Of a stretch of DNA of 64,000 nucleotides, positions 45,512 through 55,402 are shown in pieces. Position numbers and translations under genes: made by a program. The stretch lies in assembly GCA_034669905.1 (NCBI GenBank), contig JAXMOL010000003.1, positions 1-64,000 on the forward strand, given 5' to 3'. The notes below the pieces were generated by a model. That model saw nothing but the letters and a program-made list of their open reading frames with translations. It did no database searches and was not told the origin of the DNA. Within the stretch, counting starts at the first letter, position 1. The number at the start of each line of letters is the position of its first letter. This stretch comes from Candidatus Hydrogenedentota bacterium (GTDB lineage: Bacteria > Hydrogenedentota > Hydrogenedentia > Hydrogenedentales > JAEUWI01).

Positions 45512-48500
45512 TTATCCTTCCAGGTTGCCCTGGAGGGCCTTTTTTCGCAGGGTCGCCAGCACGTGATGGGCCGCATCAATATCGAAGGTGCCCAGGTGGG
45601 TGTCCAAGGTGGTCATATCCTCATCCAGGGCCGTGCGATGAAGGAGGGTTTTGAGTTGCTCCACCGACTGCATCGCTTCTCCCAGATCACTATCCAGCAA
45701 AGTCTTCAGTTCATCCAGGCGCCGCACCAGTTCCTCCGGTGAAAGAGACGGTTTCCCCCCGGCATCTGATGGGTCATGGGGCTCGGGGAATCGGGCATCA
45801 ATGAGGGCGACGGTCGCCTCCAGCGGTTCCCGAAAGGCGTCCAACGCCGGGCCGATCCCCTCCGGGTCATCGTGATGGAGCGCGGACTCCAATTCGATAG
45901 CGGCACGATATACACGGTTCGCACTCAGGTTGCCCGCGAGGCCCTTTACCGCATGGGTCAGCGCACCCACAGCCTGAAGGTCGCCCGACTCATGGTGGCT
46001 TTGAAGGGTCCGGTCCACGGTACCGTAGGTGACACAAAACTGGCGCAGCAACTTCGCGTACAATTCCCCGTTACCCATCATGCGGTCCAGCCCTTCGGAA
46101 AAAAGGATCTCCGGCGTGTCCTGCCACCGGTCTTCCACTTCCGTCGTGACCGCGGCATCCGCCTCATGGACCGCGGGGTCACCGGGTGTACCATTCGTGG
46201 GCACCCAGGGGGCCAGGGCCTGGAAAAGTTGGCGCGGGTCGATGGGCTTGGTGACGTAATCATTCATCCCCGCTGCCAGACACTTCTCCCGATCACCGAC
46301 CAACGCGTTGGCGGTCATCGCGACGATCGGCAGCCCAGCGTGACGGGGATCCTTTCGCAATGCCCGGGTGGCGGTGTAGCCATCCATGACCGGCATCTGG
46401 CAATCCATCAGGACGGCATCGAACGTTTCCCGATCGAGCCGCGCGATGGCGTCGGCCCCGTGGCTGGCCAGCGACACGATCACGCCCGCCATCTGAAGCA
46501 GTTCCTCGGCGACCTGCCGATTAATCTCATTGTCTTCTACCAGCAATACGCGCATCCCGGAAAGGTTGGCCCCGGCTTCTTTCTCACGGGTCCCATTGCC
46601 GCCCTGGTTCTCTTCCAGCTCTTCCGCCCCCAGGACCGACGCCACGGTGTCGAAGAGGGTGCTGGCTGTCACCGGCTTCAAGAGCACGGCATCAAGTTCA
46701 CTGGCCTGGGCATGCTCCCAGACGGCGTCTCGGCCAAAGGCGGTTACGAGTACGATGCGGGGCACCTTCCCCGTGGCGGCGTTCGCCCGGATGTGTCGCG
46801 CGGCCTCAATGCCATTCATGCCCGGCAACTTCCAATCCATCAGGATAAGGTCAAAGGGGGTGTCGTTTTCATCCCACGTCAATTGGGCGATGGCCTCCTC
46901 TGCGGTCACGGCGCAGGTAACGTCGAAGGAAAAGGAACGGAGGATGTGACGGAGGATCTTGCGTGCGGTGCCGTTGTCGTCTACCACCAGCACGCGAAGG
47001 CCCTGGAGCTCGTGGAGAGACAGGGCCCGGCGTTGCAGCGTGGGGTCGCTTGATGGTTTTCCGAAGGTAACGGTGAAGCTGAAGGTGGTGCCCTGTCCCG
47101 GGGTGCTCTTTACCCCGATCTCCCCCCCCATAAGATGGACGAGCCGTCGACTGATAGTGAGGCCGAGGCCGGTGCCGCCATAGCGGCGGGTAGTGGAGGA
47201 GTCTGCCTGGGTGAAGGGCTGAAAGAGCCGCCCCATCTCCTCCTCCGACATGCCTATGCCCTGATCCCGTACCGAGATCTGGAGTTGGCAGTTTTCATCG
47301 GTACATTCCAGGGCGACAATCTCGATGACGATATCGCCCTGCTCCGTGAACTTGATGGCGTTGGAAGCCAGGTTAATCAAGACCTGGCCCAGACGCAGCG
47401 GATCCCCCATCAGGGCCCGGGGCACGTCCGGCGCGATATCAAAGAGCACTTCCAGTGTCGGCTTGTCCATGACCCGGGCAGCCGTTACCGTCGCCAGATT
47501 ATCGAGGACGTCATCGAGGTCGAAAAGAATCGTTTCGATTTCGAGCCGCCCCGCTTCAATCTTGGAAAAGTCGAGCACGTCATTGATGATGCCCAGGAGG
47601 GCATTGGCACTGGATTGTATGCGGGTCAGGTAGTCCTGCTGCTTTTGGGAAAGCTCTGTCTTGAGGGCGAGATGGGAGAGGCCGATCACCGCGTTCATCG
47701 GAGTACGAATTTCGTGAGACATGTTCGCCAGGAAGTCACTCTTCGCACGGTTGCCCACTTCCGCCGCTTCCATCGCCTCCTGCAACTTGCGCTCCACTTC
47801 CTTGCGTTCCGTGACATCCTGGGCGACCACGATGGCCCGTGGCTGGTGATCGTAGTTGTCGGTGAAGGGGTACATGGTCACTTCACAGATGCGCTCGCCC
47901 AGTGTGGCAAAGGTCATGGTCGATTCATAGGCGATTCGCTCGCCCTGAAAGCAGCGCTCCAGTCGCGGTTGGATGCCGTCGCGGGCGATTTCCGGCCCCC
48001 ATACGGTGGCCACATCGGCTCCGATGGCCTGTTCCCGGGTGAGACCGGTGGCCAGGCACCATTCGTCGTTTACCGCCTCATAGCGGCCCGATGCATCGAC
48101 CACACTCATCATGGATTTCACGGTGTTGATGATAAACTCATAGCGCCGCAGGTTGTCGGCTGTATAGCGCTGGGCCGTGACATCGTTGCCCACACAGAGG
48201 ATCTCTTCCAGTTTGCCCGCCTGGTCGTAGCGGGGGCAGTTGGTCCAGGCGATCCAGACCCGCCGTCCATCTTTGGTCTGGTTTTCGTTTTCGTTGACCG
48301 CGAATCGTTCCGGGTTCTCTCCCAGGGATTCCATGGCCTGCCGTAAATTTCTGCCCGCCGAATCGCTCTCCGGGACGATGGTGCCCACAATATTCTCGCC
48401 CAGGAGTTCGTCCGGGGTATACCCGAAAAACTGGACGCCATACCGATTCAGAAAGAGGACGCGGCCATCGGGTGCCATACGTAAAATGATGCTGTTCGCA

Positions 48501-50185
48501 CTTTGAACGAGGGAGCGATACTCTTCTTCACTGGCCTGCAGGGCGGATTCGGTGGCCAGACGGGCCTGGATTTCACGGCGTAGCCGCCGGTTGTGAAAGG
48601 CGATGAAGGCGATGATGGGCAGGAATATGCCAATGACCGCGGCGATAAGCAGCAGCGCGCGGGACCAGTCCAGGCGGGGCTGAATGTCCACATCCACCCA
48701 CTTGCGGCGAATCGCCAGGACTTCCTCCTCGGAAAGAGCGTTGATGCCTTTGTTCAGAATGGTCACCAGTTCCGGCCAGTCTTTCCGCACCCCGAAATGC
48801 AACTCCTGGGTCCCCTCGCCCACGGGTACGGCCAGGCGGAGATTGCTCAGTCCCAGTTGCTGGATCCAATAGGCGCTTGTCGCTGCGTTGCCCACTGCGC
48901 AGTCCGTCTCTCCCTGGGCCACCGCCGTGAGGGCCTCCGTAAAGGTCGGGTAGAAGACCGGTTCCAGCGGGGTGCGCTGGGTCACAAACTGGTGGTGGGA
49001 AGAGTGTTCCTGCACCGCTGCCCGGAGTCCGGAAAGTTCCTTTACCGCGCCAAGAAATGGCGTGTCCAGCCGGGTAATGATGACCCGGTGAAAGGACAGA
49101 TAGGGCCGCGTGTAATTGAGAAATGTCTCCCGCTCGGGATCCTTCCCGATGCAGGGAAGAACGTCGAGCGCGCCGGAACGGGCCTTAGCTACCGCTTCCG
49201 GCCAGGAACTCCGATGGGCGACCTGCATGTTGGTCCCCAGCCGCTCATTGAGCAGGGCGATATAGTCCGACGCCATACCCCGGTAGTTGCCATCCTGCCC
49301 GACGAATTCAAAGGGGGCGAATTCCGGGTCGATGCCCAGGCGGATTACGGGGTGGGCCGCGATCCAGTCCCGCTCGGCACGGGTAAGGGCCACCGATTCT
49401 TTGGCCGAAACATAGCGCCCGATTATGGCCCGCTTTTCCGCAGCGGGTAGGGCAGCAATGGCTTTATTCAGGATACTAACCAGTTCGGGGGCACTCTTCC
49501 GCACGCCGATGGAAATCTCCAGGGCGCCCAGGTCGGCGTAGGGACCCTGGCGGATTCCCGGCAGCACGTTCTCATCGATGAGGTAGGAGGCCACCGCCAC
49601 ATTGCCGATGTAGGCATCGGCCGAGCCCGACGACACACTGAGCAGGGCCTGCAACGAGTTTTCGACCAGGACCAGATCAAAATTCGGGTAGTTGGTCTTC
49701 AGGAACTCGTGCTCGTAATAATCCCGCTCCACGGCGATGCGGTAGCCCTGGAGGTCGTCTAATTGAGCGACATCCGGCAGGGCCTGGTGGGTAAAAATCG
49801 CGTGGGGAAAACTGAAGGTGGGATCGGTGAAGTGCAGGGCCTTTCGTCGCGCGTCGGAAGCCTGCATGCCGGCGCACAAATCCAATTCGCCGCTCCGCAG
49901 TTGCTGGTACAGGTCGACCCACTTACCGGGCACCGCTTCAAGCTGAAATCCGGCCAGGCCGGCGAGATGACGCAGGAGATCGGCGTCAATGCCCACGTAG
50001 CGTCCCTGGGAATCCACCCAATCAAAGGGGGGCCAGTCGGGAACTGCCGCAACCCGGAGCACGGGATGGGCAGCAATCCAGGCCACTTCTTCTTCGCTGA
50101 GGGAAAGGGGGGTGCTCGGTTGTGCGGTGGCGATGCCGTGGAACCCGACGCTCATCGCCAGGATGACGAGGGCTATCCGGGCCAT
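45512..50185 (-). CDS. Hybrid sensor histidine kinase (2x PBPb, TM, 2x PAS, HisKA, HATPase, 2x REC, HPt), BvgS/EvgS-like
   Basis: Two periplasmic binding repeats (WIAAHPV.R); FLANMSHEIRTP, NAIKFT, DQGIG, GGTGLGL; two receivers; HAVKG. Confidence 0.95.
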   Translation of the reverse strand: MARIALVILAMSVGFHGIATAQPSTPLSLSEEEVAWIAAHPVLRVAAVPDWPPFDWVDSQGRYVGIDADLLRHLAGLAGFQLEAVPGKWVDLYQQLRSGELDLCAGMQASDARRKALHFTDPTFSFPHAIFTHQALPDVAQLDDLQGYRIAVERDYYEHEFLKTNYPNFDLVLVENSLQALLSVSSGSADAYIGNVAVASYLIDENVLPGIRQGPYADLGALEISIGVRKSAPELVSILNKAIAALPAAEKRAIIGRYVSAKESVALTRAERDWIAAHPVIRLGIDPEFAPFEFVGQDGNYRGMASDYIALLNERLGTNMQVAHRSSWPEAVAKARSGALDVLPCIGKDPERETFLNYTRPYLSFHRVIITRLDTPFLGAVKELSGLRAAVQEHSSHHQFVTQRTPLEPVFYPTFTEALTAVAQGETDCAVGNAATSAYWIQQLGLSNLRLAVPVGEGTQELHFGVRKDWPELVTILNKGINALSEEEVLAIRRKWVDVDIQPRLDWSRALLLIAAVIGIFLPIIAFIAFHNRRLRREIQARLATESALQASEEEYRSLVQSANSIILRMAPDGRVLFLNRYGVQFFGYTPDELLGENIVGTIVPESDSAGRNLRQAMESLGENPERFAVNENENQTKDGRRVWIAWTNCPRYDQAGKLEEILCVGNDVTAQRYTADNLRRYEFIINTVKSMMSVVDASGRYEAVNDEWCLATGLTREQAIGADVATVWGPEIARDGIQPRLERCFQGERIAYESTMTFATLGERICEVTMYPFTDNYDHQPRAIVVAQDVTERKEVERKLQEAMEAAEVGNRAKSDFLANMSHEIRTPMNAVIGLSHLALKTELSQKQQDYLTRIQSSANALLGIINDVLDFSKIEAGRLEIETILFDLDDVLDNLATVTAARVMDKPTLEVLFDIAPDVPRALMGDPLRLGQVLINLASNAIKFTEQGDIVIEIVALECTDENCQLQISVRDQGIGMSEEEMGRLFQPFTQADSSTTRRYGGTGLGLTISRRLVHLMGGEIGVKSTPGQGTTFSFTVTFGKPSSDPTLQRRALSLHELQGLRVLVVDDNGTARKILRHILRSFSFDVTCAVTAEEAIAQLTWDENDTPFDLILMDWKLPGMNGIEAARHIRANAATGKVPRIVLVTAFGRDAVWEHAQASELDAVLLKPVTASTLFDTVASVLGAEELEENQGGNGTREKEAGANLSGMRVLLVEDNEINRQVAEELLQMAGVIVSLASHGADAIARLDRETFDAVLMDCQMPVMDGYTATRALRKDPRHAGLPIVAMTANALVGDREKCLAAGMNDYVTKPIDPRQLFQALAPWVPTNGTPGDPAVHEADAAVTTEVEDRWQDTPEILFSEGLDRMMGNGELYAKLLRQFCVTYGTVDRTLQSHHESGDLQAVGALTHAVKGLAGNLSANRVYRAAIELESALHHDDPEGIGPALDAFREPLEATVALIDARFPEPHDPSDAGGKPSLSPEELVRRLDELKTLLDSDLGEAMQSVEQLKTLLHRTALDEDMTTLDTHLGTFDIDAAHHVLATLRKKALQGNLEG

Positions 50186-50705
50186 GCATCGGGACCTACC
50201 GCCCTCCGTATTTGCCAATGTGTAGAGCACGGCCGCCCTCCGAAGATATCTGCCAGGCTATCCCCGATGACCATCGCGTCGACTCAGCGCACTCGGGGAA
50301 AGGACTCGCCATAGGGTATACCACAGCCCGGGGCAATCCCGCAACGAATACCACGAATATGACAATAGATTACCCGGGTTTGCGGCTCTTTACGGATATG
50401 TTCGCTATCGGTTATGTGGCGCCTCCCCACCCCTCCCGCGATGCCGCGGCCCCCATCGCCAAGATCCCTTGTGGAAACGGGAGGCCTGTGCTACGGTGAT
50501 GAGGGTGCTGGAAGTTGGGGGGAGGCGTCAGGTGAAGCGGGCTGTCTTGGGTCGTAGGCGCGCTTATTCCTGAAGGTTATGACGCAGGGTATGGGTGCGT
50601 GATGGGCGATGCCTGGCGATGATTGTGCTGTCGCGCCACAAGTGAACCTTGTGTGCGCATTGGTCTGAGATCCTTTCAATCACACTGGAAAACGGAGAGA
50701 GCAAA

Positions 50706-51893
50706 ATGGCGAGTAACAGAGGTGTTGCATACATTAAGCCCGGCGTCGTCGAAGTGCAGGGTATCGATTTTCCGGAATTGGCCCTGGGCAGCCGTCGCTG
50801 TGATCACGGCGTTATGCTGAAAATTGTCTCCACCAATATCTGTGGCAGTGACCAGCACATGGTCCGGGGTCGTACCACGGCGCCGGAAGGGCTCGTGTTG
50901 GGCCATGAAATCACCGGCGAAATCCTGGAGTGTGGCCGGGATGTGGAGTTCCTGAGCGTGGGCGATATCGTCTCCGTGCCCTTCAACATTGCCTGTGGCC
51001 GGTGTCGCAATTGCAAAGAAGGCAAGACGGGCATCTGTCTCAACGTCAATCCGGCCCGTCCCGGCGCGGCCTATGGCTACGTGGATATGGGCGGTTGGGT
51101 CGGCGGTCAGGCCGAATATGTCATGGTGCCCTATGCCGATTTTAATCTCCTCAAATTCCCGGACAAAGACCAGGCCCTGGCCAAAATAAAAGACCTGACA
51201 CTCTTGTCGGATATTTTCCCCACGGGCTACCACGGTGCCGTGACCGCTGGCGTCGGACCCGGCTCCATTGTTTACGTGGCGGGTGCCGGGCCGGTCGGGT
51301 TGGCCTGCGCGGCCTCCTGTCACCTGCTCGGTGCGGCCTGCGTCATCGTGGGCGACATGATCGACGAGCGGCTGGCCCAGGCGCGGAGCTTCGGCTGTGA
51401 AACGGTGGACCTGAAAAAGAGCGCATCGCTCGCCGAACAGATTGAGCAGATCGTCGGTGAACCCGAAGTGGATGCCGCCGTGGACTGCGTCGGCTTTGAA
51501 GCCCGGGGCCACGGTGACGGCCACGTGAAAGAACAGCCCGCCACGGTGTTGAATGCGGTGATGGAAGTCACCCGCGCGGGCGGCGCGATTGGTATCCCGG
51601 GACTCTACGTGACCGGTGACCCCGGTGGTGTGGATGACAACGCCAAGGTGGGTAACCTGGGCATCCGCATCGGACTCGGCTGGGCCAAGTCGCACTGTTT
51701 CTGCACCGGGCAGTGTCCTGTGATGAAATACCACCGCCAACTGATGCAGGCCATTCTTTACGACAAGATCGACATCGCCAAGGCGGTCAACGTACAGACC
51801 ATAACCCTCGACGAAGCTCCCAAAGGCTACGACGATTTCGACAAGGGCGCAGCGAAGAAATACGTCATCGACCCCCATGCCATGATTTCCTGA
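50706..51893 (+). CDS. fdhA: Glutathione-independent formaldehyde dehydrogenase
   Basis: TNICGSDQHMVRGRT, GHEITGE, CGRCRNC, LSDIFPTGYH, GIPGLYVT, GQCPVMKY. Confidence 0.95.
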   Translation: MASNRGVAYIKPGVVEVQGIDFPELALGSRRCDHGVMLKIVSTNICGSDQHMVRGRTTAPEGLVLGHEITGEILECGRDVEFLSVGDIVSVPFNIACGRCRNCKEGKTGICLNVNPARPGAAYGYVDMGGWVGGQAEYVMVPYADFNLLKFPDKDQALAKIKDLTLLSDIFPTGYHGAVTAGVGPGSIVYVAGAGPVGLACAASCHLLGAACVIVGDMIDERLAQARSFGCETVDLKKSASLAEQIEQIVGEPEVDAAVDCVGFEARGHGDGHVKEQPATVLNAVMEVTRAGGAIGIPGLYVTGDPGGVDDNAKVGNLGIRIGLGWAKSHCFCTGQCPVMKYHRQLMQAILYDKIDIAKAVNVQTITLDEAPKGYDDFDKGAAKKYVIDPHAMIS

Positions 51894-51916
51894 GGAAATT
51901 TTCAAAAGGCCACACC

Positions 51917-51950
51917 CCGCGCACGTAGCCATTACGTGCGCGGTGTTTTC
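51917..51950 (+). terminator. Intrinsic terminator after fdhA
   Basis: CCGCGCACGTA-GCCAT-TACGTGCGCGG-TGTTTTC. Confidence 0.75.
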
Positions 51951-51955
51951 GTTCA

Positions 51956-52059
51956 GGGACGTATTGCCGCAAGTACATGGGGCCGTAACCAAGAGTGCGG
52001 GCGGGCGAACCAAGACTGCGTGGGTTGGAGAGGAAAACACCAACGCGGCAACATGTCCC
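51956..52059. repeat. ~105-nt inverted-repeat element, GGGAC family
   Basis: GGGACGTATTGCCGC pairs with GCGGCAACATGTCCC (13/15), followed by GGCCGT. Confidence 0.55.
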
Positions 52060-52180
52060 GGCCGTGTCAAACGACTTCGGGCTACTCGGGGAAACCCGCA
52101 CCCACAAAGGCGCTCGCGGAGCTCCCGTCTTTGAGGGTGGCACCCCCGAGAACACCCCCTTTCCTCCCAGCCCCCCCCAG

Positions 52181-52209
52181 AAAAAAGGCCCAGCGCTAAG
52201 CGCTGGGCC
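52181..52209 (-). terminator. Intrinsic terminator of the 52227-54779 gene
   Basis: AAAAAA-GGCCCAGCGC-TAA-GCGCTGGGCC. Confidence 0.85.
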
Positions 52210-52226
52210 CATAGACTTCCGGGGTA

Positions 52227-54779
52227 TCAGTCCAACTTCACCTTCGCCAGGTAGATACTCGTTTTCCCTTCGTGGGAGGCGTAGTAGCTGACCCACAGCA
52301 AATCATCGTGCCAGACGAGACCGGGGTAGCTGGTGTCGCCGCCAGAGGGGAGGCCGAGGAACTCGGTGAGTTTGCCCGTCTCGGGCTCTACCCAACACAG
52401 GGCCGTCCGCACGGGCGCGTCGTAGAGCCGCACCGCCGCCACCAGCCGTCCGTCGGGAAGCTCCATCATGGCGGGGCCACCGATTTTCATGCCGACCTCT
52501 TTCCAGGTCCAGTCGGTGTAGGGGGGCTGGGCTGTGCCGAACAATCCCTGGGTGCTCTTGGGCGCTTTTTCATCGCGGCGCAGGAGGCAGTAGGCGGTGT
52601 CGTCTTCGAGGAACACGATCTGGCTCTCGTTGGCGTATTCCTCGTCCCGAAGCGTGTCGACCAGCACGTCAAAGTTTGTGCCGTCTTCGCTCTTATAGAG
52701 CCGGGCAAAACGATGGGGCCATTTGTCGCCTGTTGTGTAGCCCACGCCATAGGCCGCGTCCTTGTGCCACGTGACCCGCCAGAGCCAGAGGTCCTTCTCG
52801 CCAATGGGCACGCCGTCGGTCCAGGTGCGGCCATCTTCTGAAAAGTAGGCCATGGTCTGGTGGCGGGCGTCGGCCGGTTGGTGCAGGGCCGCCGCACCGG
52901 TGAGCATAAGTTTGTTGTCGGGCGTAATGCAGATTTGGGCATCCCGCAGGTCCGCCGTCTCCGACGTAATCAAAGCGGCCGACGTCCACGTATCGCCGTC
53001 GGTGGAGGTGATGACCCGCAGCGCCCCGTCCTCGGACACATGGCCCTGGCCTTCCCGGAAGACGCAATACCACGCGTCCTTATAGCGAATGAGGTTGGTG
53101 AAGGCATTGTGGGGGGCCTCGTCCCAGATGCGGGCGTAGTCCACCAGCGTGGCCTTGGGCACCACACCCCGCTCGACGGGCATCCAGTGGATGCCCTTGG
53201 AGTTGGCCAGGAAGCGCTTCGCACGGATGTTGGAGTGCTCACCTTCTTCGTAGTAGACAATGAGGACCGTGCCATCCTTGAGGTTCACCATGGAGGGGTA
53301 GGAGCCAATATGGTTGTCCACGAGCACCGAATCACTCCACGTTTTGCCTTCGTCGAAGCTGTAGTGGAGGCTCGTTTGGGGCAGGCGGTGGGCGAGAATG
53401 AGGATGTCGTCTACCGTGCGGTGGAGATAGGGCGCGTGACCCGGGAAGCCATAGCGCTCCGAAATGCTCCAGGTCTTGCCGCCGTCCTTCGATTCGGACC
53501 ACGCCATGGAGTCTCCGCCGCTCCGCTGGGCCGCATGGAGGGTGCCGTCTTTCAATTCGATGAGGTCGGTCTCGGCGTCCAGGGGCATGCCGTTGTTGTC
53601 AATATCGACGGGCGTCTCCCAGGTGAGGCCGTCATCGTTGGAAAAGACCACGGCGCCATGGCTCAGGCTGTCGGTTTCCCGGTAGAGTCCCAGGGCCAGG
53701 CGGCCATCGGAAAGTTGGCGAATGGGCGAGCTACAATAGTAATCCGACGTAATCAGGCGGGGCTCCGACCAGGTCTTGCCGAGGTCGTCGGAGTGGACCA
53801 CCCAGGAGCCGATACCCTTCCAGGGGGGCTGCTGACCTTCGGCCCGCACGAGGGTGAAGTAGTTGCACAGGAGGCGTCCGCTCTTCGTCTGGACGATGGA
53901 GGGATCGCGATCATCGTCCGGGCCATCGTAGAGGGTTTCGGCCGGGCTCCACGTACGCCCTTCGTCGCTGGAGAGGCTATAGGAAATGCGCCCGCCCTTG
54001 GGAAGCGCTTCATTGGGCAGGGCCACGTGGCCATAGCCCGCGTAGAAGACTGTCATGAGCCGGCCATCGCTCAGGCGACAGACATCGGGAAAGGCTTCAT
54101 AGGCCCCGGCACCCGCATCGGTGCAGACATAGACAAAATCGTCGGGCGGGGGCGCGGGCAGGCTGAAGTCTTGCGCCGCCTTCGTGGCTTCGCCCGTGAC
54201 CACGATATCTTTCACGCGGGCAAGTCCCTGTCCCGCGTAAAAACCTACGCGCCCTTTCTTGAGGGTGGCGTCTTTGGCCTCGTAGAGGAGGGTGCCGTTG
54301 AGGAAAACACGGAGGGTGTCGCCTTCGCACTGCAGTTCGCCCTCGTGCCATTCTCCGGCAGGCTTGTCCAGATTGCCCACCCGCTTGATTTCATTCCACG
54401 ACTGGCCCTTGTCCGAACGAACCAGAATGGCTTGCCCCTTGTCATAGTGGACGTAGTAATAGTGGTCGCCATCGCCCGCGCGGACCACGAAGCCACAGGC
54501 GAGGACGCCGTGGGCCTGGGGGTCGACCTTGAACTTGGCCTTCAGGGACACATCAGCCCACTCGAGCGGGAGGTAAAAGGCTTTGGTCGGCGCTATCCGG
54601 CCATCTAAGACCAGCTCGCCTTTGTCGATTCGGGCCTTGTCATCATAAAGGGCCCACTCCTTCGCGGCGTCCTTTTTCGAAAGATCGATGGCGTGTTCTG
54701 CGGCATGGGTCAAACCGGGCAACGCCGCAGATAGCGCGAAGAGTAGGCAACACAAAGAAAAACGGGACAGATTAATCAT
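52227..54779 (-). CDS. Secreted DUF1080-like domain protein with two sialidase-like beta-propellers
   Basis: Signal peptide; GEWH...LRVFLNG...GRVGF; Asp-boxes SSDEGRTW, SDDLGKTW, SNDDGLTW, SKDGGKTW, SFDEGKTW; second propeller ending SGGDTSYPG. Confidence 0.85.
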   Translation of the reverse strand: MINLSRFSLCCLLFALSAALPGLTHAAEHAIDLSKKDAAKEWALYDDKARIDKGELVLDGRIAPTKAFYLPLEWADVSLKAKFKVDPQAHGVLACGFVVRAGDGDHYYYVHYDKGQAILVRSDKGQSWNEIKRVGNLDKPAGEWHEGELQCEGDTLRVFLNGTLLYEAKDATLKKGRVGFYAGQGLARVKDIVVTGEATKAAQDFSLPAPPPDDFVYVCTDAGAGAYEAFPDVCRLSDGRLMTVFYAGYGHVALPNEALPKGGRISYSLSSDEGRTWSPAETLYDGPDDDRDPSIVQTKSGRLLCNYFTLVRAEGQQPPWKGIGSWVVHSDDLGKTWSEPRLITSDYYCSSPIRQLSDGRLALGLYRETDSLSHGAVVFSNDDGLTWETPVDIDNNGMPLDAETDLIELKDGTLHAAQRSGGDSMAWSESKDGGKTWSISERYGFPGHAPYLHRTVDDILILAHRLPQTSLHYSFDEGKTWSDSVLVDNHIGSYPSMVNLKDGTVLIVYYEEGEHSNIRAKRFLANSKGIHWMPVERGVVPKATLVDYARIWDEAPHNAFTNLIRYKDAWYCVFREGQGHVSEDGALRVITSTDGDTWTSAALITSETADLRDAQICITPDNKLMLTGAAALHQPADARHQTMAYFSEDGRTWTDGVPIGEKDLWLWRVTWHKDAAYGVGYTTGDKWPHRFARLYKSEDGTNFDVLVDTLRDEEYANESQIVFLEDDTAYCLLRRDEKAPKSTQGLFGTAQPPYTDWTWKEVGMKIGGPAMMELPDGRLVAAVRLYDAPVRTALCWVEPETGKLTEFLGLPSGGDTSYPGLVWHDDLLWVSYYASHEGKTSIYLAKVKLD

Positions 54780-54859
54780 GGGGTAAGCTCCAAAGGGCGT
54801 TAAGTTGTTATAACCAATTATAGGTAGCGCCCACCCAGATTACAACCTGGAGCCAAGCT

Positions 54860-54962
54860 GGGACTGCCTCGAAATCGAGTAAATGATCGGGACGGAGCAA
54901 TGGCGGGATCGCCACACGTGATAAACCCAACGCGCGACAACCACTCATTTCGAGGCTGTACC
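54860..54962. repeat. ~105-nt inverted-repeat element, GGGAC family
   Basis: GGGACTGCCTCGAAAT pairs with ATTTCGAGGCTGTACC (14/16), followed by GGCAGT as at 5525. Confidence 0.65.
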
Positions 54963-55105
54963 GGCAGTACGTCGCGACGCCGTTAGAGAAAGGCGACAGG
55001 ACGACTATCAATTCGCGGCGTCTAGGCTTTCTTATGTCCTCGTATCCACTATACAAGCCGTGCACCAAGCCGTAGGGGACTTGCCGGTGACGGACCGCCC
55101 CAAAC

Positions 55106-55290
55106 AGGATCGCGGACATTCCTGTCCGCGGCGAAGGGTACCGGCATCCCTCGACTTGCGTGGCAGTATTCTGCCGTCGGCCGAATTTTCAAACATCCCA
55201 ATTTCTAAAAGATTCGACGTACTACAACGAACTTTTGGGGGCCAGGGTTTTGGAGCTCCTTGTGCCGCGGACAGGAATGTCCGCGCTCCT
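55106..55290. repeat. REPIN-like element: inverted pair of GCGGACA-TTCC-TGTCCGC palindromes
   Basis: AGGATCGCGGACATTCCTGTCCGCGGC (55106-55132) vs reverse complement of 55264-55290, one mismatch in 27. Confidence 0.85.
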
Positions 55291-55402
55291 TGGGACGCCA
55301 GCCTTGGTGCGGATACATCTCCAAGATGACGTGCAACAGGGTCCCGGCGTATACTGTCGCCATCCCAACGACGTAACCCAAAATGCAAGGAACCTTTGCC
55401 CC

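Noticed and set aside
50417..50530. Long G/C-rich inverted repeat upstream of fdhA
   Set aside because: Single low-complexity occurrence; cannot distinguish a regulatory structure from a decayed repeat
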